A DNA stretch of 38,827 nt from positions 1-38,827 of the forward strand of contig CAZPIK010000003.1 in assembly GCA_964586185.1 (NCBI GenBank). The letters run 5' to 3'. The position numbers and the translations under genes were made by a program. Positions 25,033 through 31,313 of this stretch are shown in pieces (the first letter of the stretch is position 1; every line of letters starts with the position of its first letter). This DNA is from an uncultured Candidatus Sumerlaeota bacterium (GTDB taxonomy: Bacteria; Sumerlaeota; Sumerlaeia; MVZB01; JAJFLK01). The notes under the pieces are model-generated. The model did no database searches and had not been told where the DNA came from. It was given only the letters and a program-made list of their open reading frames with translations.

Positions 25033-25254
25033 CGGGATAGCCAGCGCAATAGGGTATGGCACGAGAACCAAAATACCCAAAAACACGTAACCACAAATAC
25101 CCAAATGCACGTTTTTGCATAAAAAAGCCAACTAAGAGTCCAGCTTATCGTTGCAAATAATATCCCGACTGTAATTGTATATATATATGTATTCAAATGA
25201 CTTACATCTTGTATGCCGCTGTTTTAAATGTTGAATAGAGAACTGACCCGACTC

Positions 25255-25270
25255 TGGTACGGGCGTTGCT
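25255..25270 (+). promoter_or_regulatory. Candidate sigma54 (RpoN) -24/-12 promoter
   Basis: TGGTACGGGCGTTGCT against the consensus TGGCACGNNNNTTGCW. GG and GC have exact spacing and there is one mismatch. Lies 66 nt upstream of the pilin ATG at 25336. Confidence 0.5.
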
Positions 25271-25335
25271 TGGGTTAGTTCTGCGGTTAAACTGGGACAT
25301 AGTCCCTAAAATAAGTCATGAGGAGGTGCACAATC

Positions 25336-25725
25336 ATGAAACTTGTCCGTAAGATTAAAGGGTTTACGCTGGTTGAGATCATGATCGTGGTTGCCATTAT
25401 CGGCATCCTGATCGCGATCGCAGTTCCCGGCTTCATTCGCGCTCGTTCGATGAGCCGTATGAAATCGTGCCAGGAGAACTTGACGAAGATCGAAGGTTCG
25501 ATCGAGCAATGGGCGCTTGAAAACAACAAGCTTCCCAGCGCACCGGTCACCTGGGGCGACATCATTCTCCCCGGCAAGGAAGGGTATCTCAAGACCCAAC
25601 CGAGCGAGCCGTCGGGTGGTACGTATCTAATCGCGGCCGTAAACGTCGAGCCGGCGTGCGATACCAATTTCCCCGGCCATTCGTTGCAGTCGATTGGTCA
25701 GGCCATCACGGAACTTGAGCAATAA
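25336..25725 (+). CDS. Small type IV pilin / pseudopilin-like protein, paralog 1
   Basis: 129 aa. MKLVRKIKG|FTLVEIMIVVAIIGILIAIAVPGF prepilin motif, AGGAGG RBS 9 nt upstream, conserved Cys pair (KSCQENL ... PACDT), C-terminal GQAITELEQ. Confidence 0.85.
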   Translation: MKLVRKIKGFTLVEIMIVVAIIGILIAIAVPGFIRARSMSRMKSCQENLTKIEGSIEQWALENNKLPSAPVTWGDIILPGKEGYLKTQPSEPSGGTYLIAAVNVEPACDTNFPGHSLQSIGQAITELEQ

Positions 25726-25752
25726 TTGCTCTCGCTAAGGTTGAAACGAATT

Positions 25753-25786
25753 GGGGCGGATGGTTAGCTCCATCCGCCCCTTCTCC
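25753..25786 (+). terminator. Hairpin terminator/attenuator between the two pilin genes
   Basis: 11-bp stem GGGGCGGATGG / CCATCCGCCCC, 6-nt loop, followed by TTCTCC (weak U-tract). Confidence 0.5.
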
Positions 25787-25829
25787 AAAAGAGCGTCGGG
25801 GTCGGCGAAGGTTCAGTTGGAGGCAGGTC

Positions 25830-26261
25830 ATGTTTTCGCTCATTTTTCCAAATTCACTCAACAAAACAATACGCGGTAAATTCCGGGGTTTTACTCTGAT
25901 CGAGATCATGATCGTGATGCTGATCATGATGATGGTCGTGGCGATTGCGGCCCCCGCGTGGATTCGCGCTCGCTCACAGAGCCGGATGAAAACGTGCCAG
26001 GAGAATCTTTCAAAGATTGACGGTGTTAAGGAACAATGGGCATTGGAACATCAAAAACTTCCTGATGCTACTCCTGGCGAGCGCGATCTGGTCTTGGGAC
26101 CGAATCCTTCGAAATCCGGGTATCTCGCTTACTTTCCCACCGAGCCTTCAGGTGGAAGTTACATTATCGGACGAATGGATGAAGAAGTTCGATGCGACAC
26201 CGGCTTCCCCGGCCACGATTTGGCTTCGGTCGGCCAGACGATTACTGAGCTTGAGCAATAG
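25830..26261 (+). CDS. Small type IV pilin / pseudopilin-like protein, paralog 2
   Basis: 143 aa. 20-aa leader, then G|FTLIEIMIVMLIMMMVVAIAAPAW. Same core as paralog 1 (MKTCQENLSKIDGVKEQWALE, EPSGGSY, RCDTGFPGH) and C-terminal GQTITELEQ. GGAGG RBS. Confidence 0.85.
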   Translation: MFSLIFPNSLNKTIRGKFRGFTLIEIMIVMLIMMMVVAIAAPAWIRARSQSRMKTCQENLSKIDGVKEQWALEHQKLPDATPGERDLVLGPNPSKSGYLAYFPTEPSGGSYIIGRMDEEVRCDTGFPGHDLASVGQTITELEQ

Positions 26262-26349
26262 TTTGCTCGCGGGAATCGTGAAGTCATCTTCAAGATTTTT
26301 TCGGCGAATTTCGCCGAACGCAAGAAACTTCCTCTCATCCCTGCCCCAT

Positions 26350-26386
26350 GGCCCCGGGTCTGCCCAACCCGGGGCCTCTTCATTTC
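26350..26386 (+). terminator. Rho-independent-type terminator after pilin paralog 2
   Basis: 9-bp GC stem GGCCCCGGG / CCCGGGGCC, 9-nt loop, then TCTTCATTTC. Confidence 0.5.
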
Positions 26387-26442
26387 AAGAATTCAAATGA
26401 CACTTTACGGAACCCGAATATATGATAGGGAGGCAATTATTG

Positions 26443-26499
26443 ATGCGCGGTGAGCTAAAGCGCGGTCTTTGTGACGCCATTACCGGGCAAGAAGGATAG
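26443..26499 (+). CDS. Possible 18-codon upstream ORF
   Basis: GGGAGG at 26428-26433 lies 9 nt before ATG 26443. Encodes MRGELKRGLCDAITGQEG and ends at TAG. It is in the same frame as the 566-aa ORF that starts 6 nt later. Confidence 0.2.
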   Translation: MRGELKRGLCDAITGQEG

Positions 26500-26505
26500 A
26501 GCACG

Positions 26506-28206
26506 ATGTCGGATGAAGCCACAGGCGGAAAAGCTAAAACCATCGCATTCTGGTGCGTGATTCTTGGTGTTTTGGGAATATTTGTGGTTCCCAAGCTGAT
26601 CAATCCGCCGCCCGATCCGATTCGTGATAATCAAAAAGATCCCGTCTCCGCCGCCAAGCTTTATCAAAAGGTCGCCTATGGACTTATCCATCAACAGGCC
26701 GATAGCGGATTTATGACGCTTGAAAAAACGGTGACCAAGGCCGATTGGGAATGGTTCAACACAAATTGGGAAAACTTGGGTGGGGCGGGCGATCCGCTCG
26801 GCGGAGACCCATTTGGTCTCAAGACGGGCGCCGATCCCACGCAAGTTCATGCTTTGGGCAAACATTTGGCGCTGGTATCGGTGCTTGAGGCGGGTTCGTG
26901 TAGTCCCAACGACGAGGTGATCAATACGGATATCCGCGAAAACGAGGCGTTCATTACCGTTCGCCATACAGATATTCAGTCGCAGGGCACGACGGACTTT
27001 CGCATGCACGTCGTCAAAGAGGGAAAGTACTGGGTCGTCGAGGGATTCGGATGCGGTCGGCGTGTCATCGAGAACACGACTTCCGATGGGGAAGTCGTTC
27101 ATTCGGGCATGGGTGACGCAATTGGCTCTTTAGACGCGGACGAAGATGGAGACCAAGCTCCAGAAAAGTCCGTTGCTGCAGCGGAAGGCGCCGGGGCTGA
27201 GACGTCATTGGCGGGAACTTCCGAACAGAGGGCAGCTAACGCGATCGAAAGCTCGGTTGAAAAAAGCCCTTGGGATGTGGCGGACGCAGAGACGGTGAAT
27301 GAAACATCGCCGGTTACTGAGACCAAATCCGGTGAAGCCAGTCCGTGGGATTCGGAGCCTTCGGCTTCAACTCCTGAGGCGTCGCCTTCGTCAGCCGCTT
27401 CCGGTGAATCCACGACGGCAGAAGCGAATCCATGGGCGTCGGACGAAACGAAGTCTTCAGGAAACGAAACCTCCGCCGAAGCTTCGCCCGCCGAAAAATC
27501 CGAAGAAGTAAACGCTGCGGACAATCCCTGGGTTGAAGCCGAAAATGCAGTTTCGGATACGGCCGCAACTGAAGCGGCAACCGAAGCGCCAGCAACACCG
27601 GAGCAATCCGAAAAGAAGCCGCTTCTCGGTAAGGGCGGACGGCCCAAAATGACGACGGAAAGTTTGAAGCAAGCCTTGGCGGGCGTGACGCAAACCTCTG
27701 CGACGGGCACTTCGCCAACCGCACAAAAAGCCGCTGTTAATGTGGCCAAAGCCAATACGGCAGCATCAAGACCTCCGGCAGGAGGAGGCGCCGCAAAGCC
27801 AGCAGGCGCACCCGCCGCTGGCACAAAAGTGGCCGCTGCAAAGCCTGCGGGAGCCGGAGCAAAACCTGCGGGAGCTGGCGCGAAACCTGCGGCCGGTCCG
27901 GGCGCCGCCAAACCTGCTGCTGGCGCGAAGCCGGCTGGTCCCGGCGCAAATGCCGTGCCCGGGGCGATACTGGGGAGTGCCGGGGATTCCACGCTCAAGA
28001 AATTTGATCCCGTGGCCGTTCAGTCGGCCGACATGTTAATTGAAGAAGCGCGAAAGAATTGGGATCAGGGAAAATTCAAACTCTCAGTCATCAACGCGGA
28101 AAAGGCGCTGACGATCTACCAGCGGTATCTCAAGGAAACCCATCCTAAGATCGTGAAGGTCAAGGGAATGATCAAAGCGGCGAAGGAAAAATCCGAAGCT
28201 TCGTGA
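26506..28206 (+). CDS. Membrane-anchored repeat-rich hypothetical protein
   Basis: 566 aa. One N-terminal TM helix (IAFWCVILGVLGIFVV), a ~160-aa globular region, an acidic Ser/Glu/Thr-rich segment with four [S/N]PW motifs, a basic Ala/Pro/Gly/Lys segment with KPAG repeats, and a C-terminal helical (TPR-like) end. Confidence 0.8.
   Translation: MSDEATGGKAKTIAFWCVILGVLGIFVVPKLINPPPDPIRDNQKDPVSAAKLYQKVAYGLIHQQADSGFMTLEKTVTKADWEWFNTNWENLGGAGDPLGGDPFGLKTGADPTQVHALGKHLALVSVLEAGSCSPNDEVINTDIRENEAFITVRHTDIQSQGTTDFRMHVVKEGKYWVVEGFGCGRRVIENTTSDGEVVHSGMGDAIGSLDADEDGDQAPEKSVAAAEGAGAETSLAGTSEQRAANAIESSVEKSPWDVADAETVNETSPVTETKSGEASPWDSEPSASTPEASPSSAASGESTTAEANPWASDETKSSGNETSAEASPAEKSEEVNAADNPWVEAENAVSDTAATEAATEAPATPEQSEKKPLLGKGGRPKMTTESLKQALAGVTQTSATGTSPTAQKAAVNVAKANTAASRPPAGGGAAKPAGAPAAGTKVAAAKPAGAGAKPAGAGAKPAAGPGAAKPAAGAKPAGPGANAVPGAILGSAGDSTLKKFDPVAVQSADMLIEEARKNWDQGKFKLSVINAEKALTIYQRYLKETHPKIVKVKGMIKAAKEKSEAS
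27781..27950 (+). repeat. In-frame ~21-nt tandem repeat encoding (A)KPAG(A/P)G(A)
   Basis: AAGCCTGCGGGAGCCGGAGCA / AAACCTGCGGGAGCTGGCGCG / AAACCTGCGGCCGGTCCGGGCGCCGCC / AAACCTGCTGCTGGCGCG / AAGCCGGCTGGTCCCGGCGCA, read directly from the sequence. Confidence 0.85.
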
Positions 28207-28238
28207 CCCCGGCTCGATAAGGGGGCGAGTTCGCTTCC

Positions 28239-28766
28239 ATGCTCCTCGAAATTTTCATCACGATGTTCATCACGCTTGCGGCGGCCACGGGCACTCCGGC
28301 GGCGATTGTGATTCTCGTGGTTGCGGCCATCGCCTCATTCGCGCTGTGCGGTTTCCTTGCGAATCTCGCGACGGAAGCACTTCTGGGTCCGAGTCAGTTT
28401 CGGGGAGGCGAAAAAACCCAACCGGGCTTTTCGACCATGGACGAATTCGAACTGGCGCGATGGATCAGGCGGAACCCCAAGGATATTCGCGCGGTGATGG
28501 AGCAGGCGGAGCGTTTGCGAAAAACGGGGGATCTCAAGGGTTACGTCGAGCAAATGCGCGCGGTGATCAAGCGGCGTGGCGCTCTTGATCTCGATGAAGT
28601 TTGCTCGATCCACCACCAAATCGCCGATTTATATTTGGGTCCGCTGGATAGCCGCGATGAGGCCGTGAAAATTCTTCAGGCGTTTGTGGACGCGAATCCC
28701 GATACCGCTCAAGCCGAACGCACTCGCGAACGAATCGGGCGCGTTGCGGGGATGGTCAAAGTCTGA
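28239..28766 (+). CDS. Hypothetical membrane protein with C-terminal helical (TPR-like) domain
   Basis: 175 aa. Two predicted N-terminal TM helices followed by helical-repeat-like sequence. Starts 32 nt after the preceding gene. Confidence 0.6.
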   Translation: MLLEIFITMFITLAAATGTPAAIVILVVAAIASFALCGFLANLATEALLGPSQFRGGEKTQPGFSTMDEFELARWIRRNPKDIRAVMEQAERLRKTGDLKGYVEQMRAVIKRRGALDLDEVCSIHHQIADLYLGPLDSRDEAVKILQAFVDANPDTAQAERTRERIGRVAGMVKV

Positions 28767-28782
28767 GGGAAGAAGTTCGTTC

Positions 28783-29004
28783 CTACTTCAGCAATTTTAA
28801 GAATTCTTTCTCTGTCAGACCTGCACGCTTGATTTGGGAGCGCAGTAAGAAGGGCGCGACCTCCTGATGAAGCGGAATTACTAAGATCGGGTAACCAAGC
28901 TTTTTAAGCGTAACGTGACTACCTTCGGGAACTCCGGAAGCAAAACCAGCGCGTTCGAATGCCTTCACGGCATTCTTGCCAGAAATACCGACCAAGCGTC
29001 CCAC
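28783..29004 (-). CDS. hicA: HicA-family mRNA interferase toxin
   Basis: 73 aa. AVKAFERAGF ... EGSHVTLKK ... VIPLH ... LLRSQIKRAGLTEKEFLKLL fits the HicA pattern including GSH. Starts 1 nt after the hicB stop. Confidence 0.8.
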   Translation of the reverse strand: MGRLVGISGKNAVKAFERAGFASGVPEGSHVTLKKLGYPILVIPLHQEVAPFLLRSQIKRAGLTEKEFLKLLK

Positions 29005-29005
29005 T

Positions 29006-29221
29006 TCAAACCTCGACTTGCGCCGACAAGATTAATCCGGGTGCTGTGCGAGATCGCTTGTCGGCTGCTGTTGCTCGGCGATAGGCCGTGATAGCTTTTT
29101 TGGCGCTGGCAAGCGCCTTCTCAACCGTTTTGCCTTGCGACATACAGCCAGGCAACTCGGGCACATCCGCCACATAGCCCCGGTATTCCGGGTCGTAAAT
29201 TAGATTCACCCAATATTTCAT
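29006..29221 (-). CDS. hicB: HicB-family antitoxin
   Basis: 71 aa from MKYWVNLIYDPEYRGYVADVPELPGCMSQGKTVEKALASAKKAI (UPF0150/HicB N-domain pattern). Confidence 0.8.
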   Translation of the reverse strand: MKYWVNLIYDPEYRGYVADVPELPGCMSQGKTVEKALASAKKAITAYRRATAADKRSRTAPGLILSAQVEV

Positions 29222-29329
29222 TGACCTACCTCGTTTGATGACAGCGAACATTTCGTAGATGGGTTTGAATGATCCTTGTTTTGATATTCATCGTGTTTCT
29301 CATGTAAATCATTAGAATGGGTATGAATC

Positions 29330-31168
29330 GTGATGTCAAACTCTTCAGCCCCCATGCCAGCGATACCGAACCGCGAACACACCTTCGCGCCAGCGGTCAT
29401 CATCTTCGCCGTCACGTTTCTGTTTCTTTCGCCAGTGTTGAACGCGGTTTTCATCTGGGATGATGCGCTCTACATCATCCAACCGATCCCGTTGAAATCG
29501 TGGGGCGGCATTTATGACATCTGGACTCAACCGTACTCGACGCCCAGCCCTTATCCGCTGGTCATGTCGGCGTTCTGGGCGATGTATCGCGTGTGGGGCG
29601 AGCATCCGGTCGGATACCATGCTGTTGGACTTCTCCTCCATGCCGTCAACGCCATTTTGCTTTGGCGGCTATTGTTTCGATTGAACATCTCGGGCGCGCT
29701 CTTGGCCTCGTTGCTCTTTGCCATCCATCCGATTCAAGTCGAATCGGTGGCTCATGTGAGCGAACTGAAAAACACGCTGTCGGGTTTTTTCTTCTTTCTG
29801 GCGATTCACGCGTGGCTGCGATTTGAAGCGAACGATACGCGGAACAACTACCTCGCGCTTGTGGGCTTGTTTACGGCGTCCATGCTGAGCAAGACGGTAA
29901 CGTGCGTGCTCCCCCCGTTGCTCGGAACGCTTATACTTTGGCGGCGACCCGAACGAATGACGCGGCGTTTGCTCCAGACGATTCCGCTCTATGCGCTTGC
30001 GCTCGCGCTCGCGGGACTGACGATCTGGTGGGAAAAAACGCGCACGGGCGCGTCGAGCGATTACGTCCGACATTCGATCTCGGAACGAATCTGGATCGCC
30101 GCGCGCGCTCTGGAGTTCTACCTCGGAAAATTGGCTTGGCCATTTCATCTCCAGACGACATATCCAAAATGGAATTTGAATTTGTTCGAGGGTTCGGTCT
30201 CGCTGATCGGACTCACGCTGGTTTTGTGTGGATTGGTTTTTGCGATGCGTAATCGCGCGGCGTCGCGATCACTGACGGTTGCCCTCGCGTCGTTTGCCAT
30301 CCTGATTTTTCCCGCGCTTGGGTTCTTCGATTTTTCCACGATGTATTACTCTTACGCCGCCGACCACTACGCTTATCTGTCGTCGGCGGTTCCGTTCGCA
30401 GTGGTAGCGGCCTTAGTCTCGACGGGATTGCGTCATTCCGCGCGGATAAGACAGGCAGGAATCCCCGCGCTCGCAATATTCGCTCTAGGAATGCTTTCGG
30501 CCGAAGAGGCATGGAGATACCGCGACGCGGCACTGTTCTGGGAGAGCAACGCGAAGCAGAATCCAAAGTCGCCGCACGCGCTTTACGATTGGGGACTCGC
30601 CCTCATGATGAAGAACGAAAATGAGGCCGGGGCAGAGAAATTACGCGAGGCGGTGAAGTGCGATCCCGATTACGTGGGCGCGCACGTCATGCTGGCTCGC
30701 GCGGCTCTCGAGCGGAACGACAAGGCGGGCGCGAAGAAACATTACGCGCTGGCGGTGGCGGTTAAGGCGGGGAATGAGAAACTGCGGAACATGCAGGCGC
30801 TCGCGCATAATAATTTGGCAACGCTGCTTGCCGAAGAAGGGAAGCACGAGCAAGCGATAAAAAATTATGAGGCGGCGCTTAAGATACTGCCGCGATATCC
30901 ACAGGTGCATGTTTCGATGGCGTTGCTTTATGGAAAGCAGGGGGATTTTCGGGAGGCCGCGCGTCATTGCCGAAGGGCCGCGAATCTGGATCCCCTGAAC
31001 GCCGATGCGCAGTTTTGGCTAGGACGCGCGGAAATGCGGATGGGGCATCCGAAGCTTGCGAGGAATGCTTTTGCGCGCGCGCTGGAGATCAATCCGAATT
31101 ACCCCAACGCGCGAGAGGAATTGGAAAAGGCCGAGGCCGCGATGAGCACGGACACAAAACTGCCATGA
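29330..31168 (+). CDS. Polytopic membrane protein with C-terminal TPR repeats (TMTC/PMT-like GT-C candidate)
   Basis: 612 aa. About 400 aa with many TM helices (WDDALYI ... YHAVGLLLHAVNAILLWRL), then TPR repeats (KSPHALYDWGLALMMKNE ..., PNYPNAREELEKA). Confidence 0.75.
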   Translation: MMSNSSAPMPAIPNREHTFAPAVIIFAVTFLFLSPVLNAVFIWDDALYIIQPIPLKSWGGIYDIWTQPYSTPSPYPLVMSAFWAMYRVWGEHPVGYHAVGLLLHAVNAILLWRLLFRLNISGALLASLLFAIHPIQVESVAHVSELKNTLSGFFFFLAIHAWLRFEANDTRNNYLALVGLFTASMLSKTVTCVLPPLLGTLILWRRPERMTRRLLQTIPLYALALALAGLTIWWEKTRTGASSDYVRHSISERIWIAARALEFYLGKLAWPFHLQTTYPKWNLNLFEGSVSLIGLTLVLCGLVFAMRNRAASRSLTVALASFAILIFPALGFFDFSTMYYSYAADHYAYLSSAVPFAVVAALVSTGLRHSARIRQAGIPALAIFALGMLSAEEAWRYRDAALFWESNAKQNPKSPHALYDWGLALMMKNENEAGAEKLREAVKCDPDYVGAHVMLARAALERNDKAGAKKHYALAVAVKAGNEKLRNMQALAHNNLATLLAEEGKHEQAIKNYEAALKILPRYPQVHVSMALLYGKQGDFREAARHCRRAANLDPLNADAQFWLGRAEMRMGHPKLARNAFARALEINPNYPNAREELEKAEAAMSTDTKLP

Positions 31169-31185
31169 GAAAGAAAAGAAATTAT

Positions 31186-31294
31186 CGCAGAGACGCAAAG
31201 TCGCAGAGGCGCAATGAAGTTTACTTCCCTTTGTGCAGTGCTCCCATCGGATACAAGCAACCTCCTTACGCGTTTGCGCCTCTGCGCCTCTGCG
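31186..31294. repeat. Octamer-array inverted-repeat element (family 2, copy 2)
   Basis: Left arm CGCAGAGA CGCAAAGT CGCAGAGG CGCAATGA (31186-31217). Right arm TCCTTACG CGTTTGCG CCTCTGCG CCTCTGCG (31263-31294). Spacer is 41 nt. Flanks are GAAATTAT / TTAACTTG. Confidence 0.9.
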
Positions 31295-31313
31295 TTAACT
31301 TGTTCATGCAACA

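Noticed and set aside
24919-25196. Two overlapping minus-strand ORFs (70 and 76 aa) encoding very hydrophobic peptides in the AT-rich region
   Set aside because: The hydrophobicity follows from the T-rich minus strand. Both overlap the 3' end of tag and lack an RBS, and two alternative frames are equally open. The region is better explained as a regulatory region.
26300-26318. Perfect palindrome TTCGGCGAA-T-TTCGCCGAA after pilin paralog 2 as a terminator
   Set aside because: The loop is only 1 nt and no U-tract follows on the plus strand. The stronger hairpin with a T-rich tail at 26350-26386 is the better terminator candidate. It may be a protein-binding palindrome, but there is no further support.
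26350-26365. TGGCCCCGGGTCTGCC as a second sigma54 -24/-12 site upstream of the 566-aa gene
   Set aside because: The GG/GC spacing fits, but both half-sites deviate from consensus (TGGCCC, CTGCC) and the sequence is the 5' half of a GC-rich terminator stem. It is most likely coincidental.
27099-27998. 299-aa minus-strand ORF of Ala/Pro/Gly/Ser-rich sequence
   Set aside because: It mirrors the low-complexity repeat region of the 566-aa plus-strand gene and is open only because of repeat composition.
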